Notes: generated from the letters alone by a model not told the origin. DNA of 64,000 nt from Eledone cirrhosa (GCA_964016885.1 OZ024742.1:33790001-33854000); one strand, 5' to 3'; counted from the stretch's first letter, positions 29,635 through 43,550 are shown. Numbers and translations are program-made.

Positions 29635-30317
29635 TGTATGTATGTATACTCGATAACGAGGGGGAAGCCATCATGTATGTATGTATGTATGTATGTATGT
29701 ATGTATGTATGTATGTATGTATGGAGAGATGACCCCTTAGCCTTTGTCAAGGCAGAATTCTAGGAGAAGGAAAACTCTGATATAACACCTGCAACCCTGA
29801 TGGTATCCAATGATGTTGATTTGTTCTTCTTTTTGATAAAATTAGAATTCATATATATATCGCTATTTCAGAGCGCCAATTCTAATTTTCAATTTCTGCT
29901 TGATCGGCAACCGCTCTGTATAATCAGTTCCTGATTATTACTAGAATTCTATAAAAATCAAACATTCATGATTTTCAGCAAACAGGTGGAGTATTTAGCT
30001 ATGATAAGTACCAAATAGTACGAAACAGAGCTCTGTCAGCTTTACCTCCCCCTGTTTGCTGAAAATTTAAAGTAAGTGAGACTGTCACTACTCTAAAACA
30101 ATAGCGTAAGGTCTTCAAAATGCTTTTAACTAAGCATACAGTGTATCGCAAAATACACTATATATACATTCATATATATATATAGCTATTTCAGAGCACC
30201 AATTCTAATATATATATATATGTATGTATATATATATATATATATGTATGTGTGTGGGTTTGTGTAAAAAAGAGAGAGAGAGGGCGAAAGAAAGAGAGAG
30301 AGAGAGAGAGGGGGGGG

Positions 30318-30367
<50 letters not shown>

Positions 30368-30731
30368 TGATTGTGAAAAAAGTTCAATCAATTGAGATTA
30401 TTCTCGCACTTTGAAGGCAAATATTTCCTTTCAATAGTAGCGGGTACCGGAGACAACTCCTAATATATCAGTTGTTACGAATATTTTGGGATTTTAGGAA
30501 TATATGGACAAAGCAGTAGGGAGTGGTTGAACTGATAAAAACAACATACATGTTTCAATCTTGCTTGATCTCCTCGGCAAAGCATATTTACTTAACAATG
30601 GGCTTGGCTCTAATTGTCGATATAGACATAAAAAAAAAGATTAAGTGTGTCAGACACGGCTAGAGTTAAAAGTACTAACGTTGCAAGTGAGCAAGTGACC
30701 TAAATATAATACCATTATTTCTGATCTTCAA

Positions 30732-30935
30732 GGGCGGTGGATTGGCAGTATCTGTAGAGGGTCGGATGCCATGCTTTGCAGCATAGAGTTACGGCCCTTT
30801 ATGATCTGAGTTCAAATCCCGCCGAGGTTAACTTTGCCTTTCATCTATAAGGGGCAGATAAAATAAAGTACCAGTCACGCACAGGATCGGTTTTCCCTCC
30901 CCCAAAATTGCTGGCTTTGTGCCTATATAAGAAAC
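30732..30935 (+). mobile_element. tRNA-derived SINE
   Basis: gggcggtggattggcagtatc...gagttcaaatcccgccgagg. Confidence 0.85.
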
Positions 30936-31362
30936 CATTATTTGTGATTTTCTCTGTTACACACACACGCACACATATATATATATATATATATATTTGT
31001 AGTAAGGCTGCTTGGATGCGTCCATAGGCGGTATGCCGGTTGAGCCCTCTATGCCCCTTCCGAGCATAATTTGATAATATGATCAGTGGGCAGATTTGAA
31101 TGGTCATACATAAAGATGACGTCTCGAACTATCAACCAATCGGAGTGCCGCGCTAACAGGATGATGGCAGATGATAGAAATTCGAAGGGTCGGAGTCCAG
31201 CAGAAAGAGGATTTGCTTCAAAATCACTAGACGTATCTGAGAAACTTGCGAATCCAGAGTCAGGTTCGATTGACAAACAGATCGCGACTCGAGCTGTTCA
31301 CCAGAGAAACAATCGTAATACGTAATCAATTGTGTTCCGATGCATCACTGATTCTTCGTTTT

Positions 31363-31409
<47 letters not shown>

Positions 31410-31412
<3 letters not shown>

Positions 31413-31958
31413 AAGTATGTTTTCCTACATGCAAAAAATGTATATAGGGACACATGTATTATCCAACCGTATGCCAATGTGGTTCTATGGCAGGTTAATA
31501 AATTAACGAGCCAGAACATATTTAAGCAAGGTTTAGCAAATAGAGAAAAAGTTTTAAAATAAATTTTAAAAAAGTTTACTGTACCTACTATATTTACCCT
31601 TTCCGCGCAGTTTCAAGTCTCAAAATAAATGGATAATCCATGCGGAAATCCATTGAGAAGAAAACTTTCGTCAGAGGGTTCTTCTCACTCGGACCGCACT
31701 AGACAAGATTGTTTCTTCATCATACACTCTCATCCGGGAACAGTTCTGTATGGCGCCAGTTCGTGATTTGAACTCGGGAATTTTATATTCTCCGAGTGAG
31801 AAGAACCCTCTGACGAAAGTCTTCTTCTCAATGATTTCCGCTTGGATTATCCATTTATTTTGTGACTTGAAACCGCGCGGTAAGAGTAAATATAGTAGGT
31901 ACAGTAAACTTTAAAAAATTTATTTTAAAACTTTTTCTCTATTTGCTAAACCTTGATT
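31410..31958. mobile_element. Family F second palindrome with hammerheads at 31596-31679 (-) and 31805-31887 (+)
   Basis: acccu CUGACGA aagu...acuu GAAA ccgcgcg GUA agagu; arms inverted about ~31740. Confidence 0.78.
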
Positions 31959-31964
31959 ATATAT

Positions 31965-31989
<25 letters not shown>

Positions 31990-31997
<8 letters not shown>

Positions 31998-32378
31998 CGA
32001 TATTAAACAAATGGAAACTATATTTATAAAACCATATTTATTTCATTATACATATTTCAGGGATACCATATTAAAAATATGGCATGCCTTCGTCAGATAA
32101 AATACAATATATAAACAGTTTTATAAATAATTTTGACGTACCATATTATAAGCGACCATTAAATTAAGAAGCTGTCTGGTAGTCTACCCAGACAGCTTCC
32201 TAATTTAATGGTCGCTTATAATATGGTACGTCAAAATTATTTATAAAACTGTTTATATATTGTATTTTATCTGACGAAGGCACGCCATATTTTTAATATG
32301 GTATCCTTGAAATATGTATAATGAAATAAATATGGTTTTATAAATATAGTTTCCATTTGTTTAATATCGTATATATAC
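31990..32378. mobile_element. Family E near-perfect ~390-bp palindrome with hammerheads at 32039-32104 (-) and 32263-32328 (+)
   Basis: Centre ctggtag-t-ctacc at ~32183; uauuuuau CUGACGA...GAAA uaugua UA augaaaua. Confidence 0.82.
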
Positions 32379-32458
32379 TCCAAAAACTTGTCGAGTGCTT
32401 TATATCAGTTATAAAATATTTACTTGTTGTAACCCAACAATTTTAAATAAAACCTTTG

Positions 32459-32524
<66 letters not shown>

Positions 32525-32934
32525 GTTACTTAAGTATGAATTCATAATTAGGAATATATGAGCTCCCGATATGTAAACATACCTCGAGACAATATATTTT
32601 CATAAAACTTGTTTCGTGATGCTAGTCACGTGACGCTAGTCATTCAGTGTATGAAACCAACTATTGGGAGGACACTTAAAAACAATAAAACAAAACTGTT
32701 GATAGAGGTTGGTCCAACGCGAGTGAATTATCTCTGATAATGGGACTCACCTATTGTATGACTAACATTATTTAAACTATGCGTGAATATTCCCAACACA
32801 TTGGTAACAATTGCTACACACACACACACACATACACACACACCCACTCTCTTTCCCTCTCTCTCTCTATATATATATATATATAGAGAGAGAGATGGTG
32901 CACAAATATATACATCACGCACATATATATCAAG

Positions 32935-33900
32935 AAATTGAACCCAGATACCTTTAATCCAATGACTGAACTAACCTCGACTTCACCTCCTCCCATCCAA
33001 CCCACACCAAACACTCCATACTCTATTCCCAATTCCCCCGTCTTCGTTGGCTCTGTAGCCAGTTCGATGATTTCGAAACCCATTCCCTTCGCATGGTTTC
33101 CTGCTTCATCCAGCGTGGATATCTCCCCACCCCGAACCAAGCTGCTCTCACCCGCGCCCGTGAAACAGACCTCACCACAGCCCTCTCACCTCAACCCCGC
33201 CCTCCCAACACCCGCGTTCCTTTCTCTCTCACCTACCACCCCATCATCCTACCACTCTGTTCCTTACGCATATCCTCCGTTCCTTCCGCATCCTCTCTTC
33301 CGACCCCGTCACTTCTCGCTTCTTTCCAAACCCAGCCATTACTGCTTTTAAGCGCGCCCCCAACCTCCGCGACCTCTTGGTTAGCAGTTCCTTCTCGTCC
33401 TCTCCCACGACTCCACCCGGCTCTTATCCTTGTTCCCGTTCCAACACTTGTCCCCTCATTTCCACCCTCACCACTCTTACAGGCCCTAACAGGTCTTTCT
33501 GTATCCGCCATTCCTTCATCTGCACATCCACCCACGTTGTCTATGCCCTCCGGTGTTCCCTTTGCGGGTCTTTATATATCGGACAAACGGGACGCCGTAT
33601 GGCAGACCGTTTTGCCGAACATTTGAGGGACGACTCGGTTTGGATACTTCTGTCGCCCGTCATTTCTGTTCTCCTGGTCATTCTTCCCTACATGTTTCAG
33701 TCCTGGGTGTCCTTTTACATCATGGATCACAGGGCTCGCGCACCAAGACTGAACAAAGTCTGATTCACCGCCTTGGGTCCTATTCCCCTCTTGGACTCAA
33801 ATCATCTCCCCAATTTCTCCCGTCCATTACCACATCCCTAGATTCCTATCGCTTTCTCTTGATCATTAACATCTCTTACAACTAATACAGGCCGACTATA
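32935..33900 (+). mobile_element. Penelope-like element 3' part (GIY-YIG)
   Basis: FIQRGY, PFSLTYHP, VVYALRCSLCGSLYIGQTGRRMADRFAEHLR and VARHF motifs. Confidence 0.88.
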
Positions 33901-34029
33901 TATGCTCATTCCACTTTTCCCTTCACTGCTCTGTATACATACACACCCTTATATTAACATACTTTTGCTCATAGCTTCGTACTTACATGCACACACACTC
34001 TTTTACTCACATATACACACACATTTCTT

Positions 34030-34290
34030 AGCTACGTAGGGACGTATAATAACGCGGATAAGACCGCAAAAGCATTCCCGCATTCCATTGACACCCGCTG
34101 AAACAGCCACTCCACCTCACGGGGCTCCTTCCTGAGACGGACTGTTGACATTCCGATTTTGCAGAGGAGCTCAGTAGTACGGGGTCCAAGTACGCCTGAA
34201 GTCTCGACAGCGACAGGTACGAAGAGTAAGCGGCCTGACAATCCATATTCCCATTTGAGAACGTCACAGAGATGAATCAATAACATGCAG
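34030..34290 (-). mobile_element. 3' end of RLE-type (CRE-like) LINE
   Basis: FVPVAVETSGVLGP...WLFQRVS...GNAFAVL. Confidence 0.7.
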
Positions 34291-34448
34291 GAGAGTGTAT
34301 ATTATAAATACAGTACAATTTCACTCACATGGATTGGGGTGAACTGAGGCCAAAGCAAAAGATGTCACGCAGTGCTACCGAACAAAGAAACTCATAAGCA
34401 AACTTCTTAATCATTCGACCATATTGCTCCCAGCAACGAAATATTATA

Positions 34449-34596
34449 TACTAGCAGAATGGTCCGGCGTTGCTCGGGATTTGCTCTAGGGTTCTTATAT
34501 ATTTGATATATATTTATCCTTATCGAACCTCGTGAAATAAATACGTTTGTCTATATTTTGTTATTGTGTATGAAAAAATACCTGTACACGAATATA

Positions 34597-34644
<48 letters not shown>

Positions 34645-35100
34645 TAACAGATTAAAGTTTAAGCAAAGAATCGCTGCTTTCACCCTTAACGGGATCTGAT
34701 ACTAAAAAAAAATCAATCTGTGAACGCAGAAGTAAATATTTCGAAAAACGTTACACACTATATATATATACACACACACTATACCCACACACACACGCAC
34801 ACACGCACGCACACACACACACACACAGATAGCGTCATAATGTCGTAATGCAGACAGCAGACATACAGACAGACATTATAAGGGCGCGACGTTGTATCTA
34901 TCTAAAAAGAAAGACTAAGAATTACAGAGAGAGATCACTAAATCTCCTAATGCGGTCCATAGGGCATTGAAAATTTGAAATATTCTTTGCTCAAAACACT
35001 CACACAACCATAAGTATACATGTGCAAAGTTTGAATAAAGTCGGTTGGGTGGTTCTCGAGTTTTAGGGCGTCAGACAGACATTCCCTGTTTTAGATATAT
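34449..35100 (+). mobile_element. Helentron-associated (DINE-1/HINE-like) non-autonomous element
   Basis: ACTAGC..CCGGCGTTGCTCGGG 5' end, gtgcaaagtttg...gtcgg...ggtt and a cagacagac...ttttagatatat 3' end; copies at 44090-44597 (+) and 55296-55580 (-). Confidence 0.6.
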
Positions 35101-35111
35101 AAATAATAAAC

Positions 35112-35250
35112 GCATAGAGTTACGGCCCTTGCCATTCTGAGTTCAAATCCCGCTGAGGTTAACTTTGCTTTTCATCCTTACGGGGTCGATAAAATAAAGT
35201 ACCTGTAATGCACTGGGTAATTGCTGGCCTTGTGCCAAATGTAGAAACAA
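35112..35250 (+). mobile_element. 5'-truncated tRNA-derived SINE
   Basis: B box and core present. Confidence 0.8.
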
Positions 35251-35761
35251 TTATATATAATAAACAAATAAGTTAATGAACATAGGAAAATATATGGGAA
35301 AACTTCTAACAAATCTGAAAGGAAAATTGAATGTAAAAAATTGAAATTGCTATCATTTCTCCTTCCTTTTTGGTGATAACACGACTTACACTGTGCACTA
35401 TATAGGGAAAGTGAAGGCGCCTAGCTTAGGGACCGCGATTCTTGCGTTGTGTTCTTGAGAAAGATGGCTTATTTCACATTACTTCAATTCACTCAGCTGG
35501 GAAAAATTAGTTGTACCAGTTACCAGTAATTCCAAGGGCCAGCTTTCCACTGCATTGCGCTGAATCTCCCTGAAAATTATATTAAGGGTATTCGTGTCTG
35601 TGGAATGTTCACTCACTTGAACGTTTATTTCACGAGCAGGCTGTTCCGATGATACCAACCCCCCATAAAAAACCTGGAGTTCTCATCTTCGAAACCAATA
35701 TAAATATTGAGAAAACAATCAGTCAAAAATAAGAATGGACGTTTATAAAGATAGCTCTTAC

Positions 35762-36052
35762 CTGACTTAGAAACATAATATTAATACCTCTCCATCGACT
35801 ACAGGCAGGCTTCTTCCTCAAAAAAGGAATAAGGTACTTGAAAAATACATATTCTCCCATCATAAGAAAGATTGAAAGGGTAACGGCTACCAAAAGAAGG
35901 ACAAATAACCCGGCTGTATGTTGCGGACCATACTTTATCTCAAGCGTGTGTGCCCTTTGCAAATCACATCCTTTATGTGAAAAATACTTTTTCGTGAGTT
36001 CTTCAATATAGCCACTGGAGGTATAGGTCAAGATTTTATCTGATAACCGATT
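35762..36052 (-). CDS. NMDA-type iGluR (GluN3-like) coding exon, end of S2 plus M4 and proximal tail
   Basis: NRLSDKILTYTSSGYIEELTKKYF...C...HTAGLFVLLLVAVTLSIFLMMGEYVFFKYLIP...FLSQ; 291 nt, ttacag/gtaaga. Resembles GluN3 HFSGLFVLL...GEHIV...TSQ (from memory). Confidence 0.92.
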
Positions 36053-36597
36053 CTGTAATGAAATGTAATAATGACATGAGATGAATAAAATAAACACATA
36101 AAGATATAACTGATACACTATAAATAATTTATGATTTAATATAGGTGTAATTACAGATTCTAAGCTCCATCGTTAAAATGTAAAGAAATTTGCAAATATT
36201 TTGTTATTCTAATCACACTCAGAAAAGAAGATATAAGAGATTGTCTTTACAGGTTTCACATGTAGTTAACTGTTCATAAAAGACAAACAGCCTTATCTTT
36301 AACCCAAGAAGAGAATTTAGAATCAACCGCTATTCATGTGAAATTTAACTGAAATGGCTACTATTTATTATTTAATAAACAATTTAATTCACCATGAACC
36401 AAAATGGGAGTTTCTGCACGGTCACTCATTTGCTAGAAATAACAACCAAACCACACTCAACTGTATCAAAAACATAGAAAAGACAACTGTAGTACTGAAT
36501 AAGCTAATAAATTTATAATAAATTGGAGTGAAAGCAACTGGTGCGTGTGTTTCTTATTGGCAACATGACCCTCCCAAAGTATAACAAAATATATATA

Positions 36598-36791
36598 TAG
36601 GAAAAAGTATGACCCCGACGGCAGAGCTCAAGCCGTTTCGACGGCTATTTCTGGAGTCCAGAAATAGCCGTCGAAACGGCTAGGGCTCTGCCGTCGGAGT
36701 CATACTTTTTCCTATTTCCCACTCTACTACCCTAAGTATTGAGTACTCTGGTGCGTTATGGTCCATCTGGTTCCTTACCACATTTCCTTTG

Positions 36792-36793
<2 letters not shown>
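36598..36793. mobile_element. Family C fold-back copy
   Basis: Palindrome centre ttctggagtccagaa; in (TA)n. Confidence 0.8.
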
Positions 36794-36846
<53 letters not shown>

Positions 36847-36934
36847 AAAATAGAACGGGAACAAAACATAGAGGCAGTACGAACAAAGGTTTATTAGTTT
36901 CACGCTCTTGAGAGTGGGGGTGGGTGGGTGGGGG

Positions 36935-36965
36935 GACGATGTTTCGGGCATAAGCCCTTCTTCAG
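36935..36965 (-). ncRNA. Hammerhead core lacking the stem I 5' strand (family J)
   Basis: CUGAAGA a gggc-uuau-gccc GAAAC auc GUC; truncated upstream by (TA)n. Confidence 0.6.
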
Positions 36966-36968
36966 GCG

Positions 36969-36999
<31 letters not shown>

Positions 37000-37040
37000 C
37001 ATATATATATACACATACATATATATAAATATATATATAC

Positions 37041-37115
<75 letters not shown>

Positions 37116-37216
37116 AACACAAGAGCGAAAATTCTACTCACATGGCTTAAATAGGTTGTTTGCGTAATTCCAAACAAATTGAATATTACTAATAATATTC
37201 GAAAAACTTAGATTTA

Positions 37217-37295
<79 letters not shown>

Positions 37296-37303
37296 AATAC
37301 ACA

Positions 37304-37334
<31 letters not shown>

Positions 37335-37554
37335 ATTTAAATCTATTTCACGTATAGGGTTCTTTTAGTTGAATATTGCAGTTATATAAATATAGACAAA
37401 AATAGAAAGATCTATGTGGAAATAGACATTTGTGCACGTGTTCATTTGTATTCGTATTCCATAAGTAAAAAAATATAAAAATATATGATTTAAAAGTAGG
37501 AAACGGGACACCCTTGCAAGTAGGGAAAAGCGGACGTAAAATGATGATGATGAT

Positions 37555-37604
<50 letters not shown>

Positions 37605-37609
<5 letters not shown>

Positions 37610-38455
37610 TTAAGGCCAGTTATTACAACGGTGCCATACCAGGTGTGTACGTTTCGTTAGCCAAGCTGTGCCGATGAAAATGAACCGGAAAATGTTTACT
37701 CAAAAATGAACACATAGAACAATATGGAAAGAGAGAAGAGTTCCAAAATCTAGGGCAGATAATCTGAATGTCCTACGACAGACACATTTGACCGATAAAA
37801 TAAGAAAGATACAAATCAATATTAAGAAAGTCAGTTATTTAAACGGTACTTAGAAACATGAGAACATCACGAGAAGAACACTTTAAGCGTGTTAAGTGGC
37901 TGGTTATCGTGTTGACTATTCAATATCTACCGCCTCTCGTCATTACATAATCTGTTGGATTTGAGTTCGTTTATATACAGGTGAGATGTTTCTAGTATCT
38001 TCAATTTGATGGAGAAATCCTATGTTCTCATCTTCGAACTGCCATATTTTATTTGCCAAATTAGTGGTGTTTCTTTTATTTGGATATCTGAAGGTCGTTT
38101 CGTAATTCAGCAAACGATTTTTAAACCGGGTCCCTGACACACCAACGTATTTCCAGGATTCCTTTTGATGGTTGATTCAATGGAGACATCTCAGCTTCGT
38201 ATATTACCGCTGGGGTGTTATATTCTTGGTCCAGCGGGCATGAGTCAGGTTTTTTTTTTACAAGAACATCCATATATATTGGGGTTCTGTTGTTTATGCA
38301 AGAGGCGTGATTTCATGTTTCTGACACAAGTGTATCCGAGTTTGACTGTACGACGGTGGTATTTGTGTCCTAGGGGGGTGCATATATGAAGGCTAAAGAA
38401 ATGGATATACCTGGTTTGGTACCGTTGAAGTAACTGGTCTTTATAATTATATTCA
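37605..38455 (-). mobile_element. Penelope-like GIY-YIG fragment with inverted terminal segment
   Basis: YVGVSGTRFKNRLLNYETTFRYPNKRNTTNLANKIW; 37605-37650 is inverted at 38403-38450. Confidence 0.8.
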
Positions 38456-38499
38456 AACTCGCCATACGGACTTGGGTTACTCTATCCCTTGGACATTCT

Positions 38500-38552
<53 letters not shown>

Positions 38553-38625
38553 TGTGGGGATATATACGTGTGTTGGATATGAATCAATGTGTGATTATGT
38601 CTGTATATGTAAAGCGAGACAGATT

Positions 38626-38720
<95 letters not shown>

Positions 38721-39484
38721 AAGCAAAAAAGAAGTGTATTAAATATATTATCACTGTAATCCCCGCTGAATTTCTTACCAAGTGTTAGAAGCAATTATTT
38801 TTAGCCAGGTTTCCAAAACGACCGACGTACACCAGGCGGAAAGAAACCTATTATATTTGTGTAAAAGCATAGAGTTGGAACAATATTAGTGAGAACGTGA
38901 TTACAGGGTGAAAGGGTTGTGGAGGTGGGGATGTAAATGGGGAGAAGACAAATGTACAACATGATAGTATAAATGCATATACAATATATGCATATATATT
39001 ATATATATATATATGTGTGTGTCTTATGGCAGCTAGGATGCGTCCATAGGCGGTATGCCGGTTGAGTACTCTATGCTTCTACGGAACACAGTATGATAGA
39101 ATGGAAAACTAAAAAATCAGTGATGCATCGGAACTCAATTTATTACGTATTACAATTGTTTCTCCGGCGAGCAGCTCGAGTTGCGATCTGTATGTGGATC
39201 GAACCTGACTCTGGATTCGCAGGTTCCTCAGACACGTCTATGGATTTCGGAGCAAATCCTAGTAAGATACTAGTATATGGAAGTAAATCCATATACTATT
39301 TTACTCGTATATGGATTTACAAAATACACAAAAGAAAAAATTTGAAAACAAAAAAATGATAAAAGAAAAATATAATTACATGCATTTTTATTTTCTTTGA
39401 AGTAGTTTCCTCAGAGACATAAATTGTATAAAAAGAAGAGAAACTGCTAGAGAAGAGATATGTATATATTACAATGCCATGTTA

Positions 39485-39700
39485 ATGATTTCTAGTATAG
39501 GCACAAGGCCAGTAATTTGGGGGAGGGGAAAGTCGATTAAATCTCCCCAGTGCGTGACTGGTACTTTATTTTATCGACCCCGTAAGGATGAAGGACAAAG
39601 TTAACCTCGACGGGATTTGAACTTATATCATAAAAGGCCGTAACTCCATGCTGCAAAGCATGGTGTCCGACTCTCTACCAATACTGCCAATCCACCACCC
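39485..39700 (-). mobile_element. tRNA-derived SINE
   Basis: Full reverse copy. Confidence 0.85.
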
Positions 39701-39720
39701 TACAATAACATATTAATAAC

Positions 39721-40104
39721 TACTCTCATGTCTTTAATAATCGCCCCCCCACCACATTATTAATTTTTCAGATTTTTTCCAGCCCCCTCGCTTTTATTCT
39801 CCCCCCACAACCGCTTGCTGACCTATCTCCGGAGAAATTTTATTGTAAGTGATTCACATCGATACAGCAGCTGGAGAATCTAATAATAATTTTTACATTA
39901 AAAGAAACCCATTATATATGACAAAAAAGTACATTACAAGAAATCCCATATTTACGAACGTACACTATACAATTACCGATTTACCCCCACCCCCTCGCTG
40001 TTTACCCCACCTCCGTTTATTCCCCCTTCCCGCTTCTAAGAACTCAGGCAAATATCCAACCTACCCGATTATTCCAACCCCCTATTATTTGGGACCCGAG
40101 AGTA
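39721..40104. mobile_element. Putative MITE
   Basis: Imperfect TIRs tactctc..gtc...aataat and attatt...gac..gagagta. Confidence 0.5.
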
Positions 40105-41146
40105 TGTAAATATTACAATGTCATATTTATATTTTGACTTATCTATCTACATTAGCTTTTTCATTAGCAGCGTTGAACCTCCGTCGATTCCAACGACGAG
40201 TTTTCCTGTTGTTCAACCAGTGAAATTAACAGGAAACTGACCGAGCATTCCACAGCACGTGTACCCTAAACCAGACCTGTCAACTCTTTCGTCCGACGGC
40301 GAGATCTCCCACCCACTTTGGAGTGGATGAGAGATGTTTTCTCTTGTGAAAATGGGTAAAATCTCATTATGTAAAATCTTTCCATTTTGCTTCATTTCTC
40401 CCCGTTTTGGGGAACAATTTTTCATGGTACTCCTCGTTTGGGTTTGTAGAGGTAGGCACGTCTGCTAAACGTAGTTTAGGAAGTTTCAGAAAGTTTCAGC
40501 GTGACACAGTGTTCAAGAGACTGGGTGTTTGAATTACAGCTACAACATTTTACCAGTTGAGTCAACTGGAGCAACATGAGATAAAGCATCATGCTCAAGG
40601 ATACAACGTATTACCAGGATTGAAACTTACAACTTTACGATTGGAAGCCAAGCACTATCACCACTGAGCCACGTTCCTTCACAATCAACATTAGGCGACA
40701 AATAATAAGTATTACTAACTCGTTTGACTTTGAGAGCCTGCCAACACAACCTTTCTTTTCAATTATTGCAATTATTTATCGATAAAAAAATAAAATCGCG
40801 TAAAAATATATAATGATCAAATTATATAAAAAGGCGCACTATAGTTGCTTGCTGTTATATACGATTTAAATGTGTCCCAAGAGACACAAATCAAAATATC
40901 TCGAAGCATTTCATTAGAAAAGAATCTATGATGTTAAAAAGAGTTTATAGTCAATGTTTGGTTGGAAAATATACAAAACATGTAAATGTAAACATTAAAT
41001 GAGATGTGGAGAGCACAGCTAAATGTATTTAAGATAGTTACACGAACACACTCAGACTCACACACACGCAGAGAAACACACACACACACAGACACACAAT
41101 AGTAGCTCAAATAAAAAAAAATTAAGATACTTTATTCTTCCAACAC

Positions 41147-41228
<82 letters not shown>

Positions 41229-41431
41229 CTCTCTCAGTATCTATCTATCTATATATATAAAAATGACACCATTAGAAGGCTTGCTGAACACAAAACCCGA
41301 AACTGCTTGGCGCCGTGGTCGGGATTTTACATAACTCTCTCTCTCTCTCCATATGCAAGAGAGGTCAACATGAATGGACCTGTTATTTTTATCTAAAGAC
41401 ATATTTCCAATTCCAACCCGCCCTCATTCTT

Positions 41432-41467
41432 TCTTCTGATGAAAGACTAGCGTCCGAAACGTCAAGA
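41432..41467 (+). ncRNA. Minimal hammerhead ribozyme (family I)
   Basis: ucuu CUGAUGA aa-gac-uagc-guc-c GAAAC GUC aaga with palindromic ACGU stem III. The 3' tail 41460-41545 recurs inverted at 3284-3385. Confidence 0.75.
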
Positions 41468-41548
41468 CCCTCTTCCTGCTATATCAAGCGTTAATCTAAT
41501 ATATCTCTTCCATATACTGTACCGATTGTCTTGTTATTTCTGTTTACC

Positions 41549-41627
<79 letters not shown>

Positions 41628-43361
41628 ACATCCTAATGATATTGCTAATCCTCCTCCCTCCCACCGACAAATAATAAAATCATAGAGAATATATAATAGG
41701 AATGGCCCTCTCTCTGTTTCTACGATTAATGTTCCAGTTGTTCGATTAACGGAATAGCCTCCTCATGACTTGTAAGTGGCTGAACACTGACTCGTGTACT
41801 CTTAACGTAATTCTCAGAGAGATCTAGTCTGACACAGAGTGTTACAATACCGCCCCTTTCAATGACAGCTACAGTCAACCCCACAGGCTTCTAAATAGAT
41901 TCCGTCTACCCAATTTCACTCACAAAATATCGACCCGAGGCAATGATTAATGAAACAAAGCCTACGATGCCAGGCATTGGATCAAATTCTGGACCTAATG
42001 ATTGAGAAACGAACATCTTAACCATTTGTTCATGCTGTATGTGTATGACCATATAGCTGCCTATGTGGATATATCTATATGAATGTGGGTATATATGTAA
42101 AATAAATGTATAAACAACATTACGCAACAAAAGCTGAGTTCAAAACGAAGTAAAAGCCCAATTGCACTCCTGTATCGTAAACATGTTCTTCACACATCCA
42201 CGGATGCAAATCCTTGGACACACCATGAGTGTTATGCCCTGGAGTCACTGGGTGTGTCAGATATTATAACATACTTAAATTTTTAAATCTTCCCATCTTT
42301 CCAGCGTTAAGATGCATATGATATTGCCTCACATGCAACTTACTAACAGAGCAAACTGGTGCTACAAATGTAATCTTATCTTAATGCGTGAAATTGTGTG
42401 TGTTTATGTGTAGTCGATATATTTATTTATTTTTGCATTGTTTCATACAGTCCGTTCACATGATTCTGTTATGATGAGATACCATCACCAATATTTTCAC
42501 AAACATAGACACGCAAATATACACAAAGTATATTCATGTATGTACCTGTGATAAATATATCTCAAAATAAAAGAAAGAGATAGAGAGAAGAATAAAGAAA
42601 AGAAGAAGTGCATTCAATAATTTATCACTGTAATCCCTGCTGAATTTCTTACACTCGAAGACATGGTTGCCAAGTGTTAGAAGCAATTATTTTTAGACAG
42701 ATTTCCAAAACGACCGACGTACACGAGGCGGAAAGAAACCTATTATATTTGTGTAAAAGCATAGAGTTGGAAAAATATTAGTGAGAACGTGATTACAGGG
42801 TCAAAGGATTGAGGATAAGAAGGAAGAGGAGGATATAGGGGAAGTGAAGATGGGAGGAGAATGTGTTTGGGCTGATAGTGGTAACAAAGAAAGAAGATAA
42901 GGAGTTGGGCAAGAAAGAGAAGGTAAAGAAAATAATAAGGAAGAAAATGAAAGAAAAAGAAGAGAAAGGGCAGTAGTAAACGATAGAGAAGAAGAAGATG
43001 AAGAAATATGAAGAAGAGAAAGCTGAATAATAATAACACAGAAGATGAATAAAATGTAGTGGAAGAAGTAGGGGAAAGAGAAACAGTAAAGAGAGGGGAA
43101 GAAGACATATAAGAAGAAAGAAGAATAGATATAAGAATAGAAAAGGAAAGAGATCAAAGAGAGAAAATTAAAAGATGGAATGTGGAAGTTGATACTTGGA
43201 GATAGAAAATAGAACAAATGTGATAAATGGAATAAATATCAGTCATGTGTGTTGACTGAAACTAATTTGATGCTGGACTAATTTAAAGTTCTTATAGATT
43301 CGAAGTGTATTAACGGGTATCGTGGGGGTGATTATGATTGATAATTGTTTTTATTTATAAT

Positions 43362-43550
43362 TGTTTCTACTTTTGGCACAAGGCCAGCAATTATCCCAGT
43401 GTATTACTGGTACTTTATTTTATCGACCCCGTTAAGATGAAAGGCAAAGTTAACCTCGGCGGGATTTGAACTCAGATCATAAAGGGCCGTAACTCTTTGC
43501 TGCAAAGCATGACGTCCGGCTCTCTACCGATACTGCCAATCCAACGCCCT
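43362..43550 (-). mobile_element. tRNA-derived SINE
   Basis: Full reverse copy. Confidence 0.85.

Noticed and set aside
30548-30585. CCGAGGA-gauc..gauu-GAAACAUGUA on the minus strand
   Set aside because: Mutated core and no stem I; at most a decayed ribozyme.
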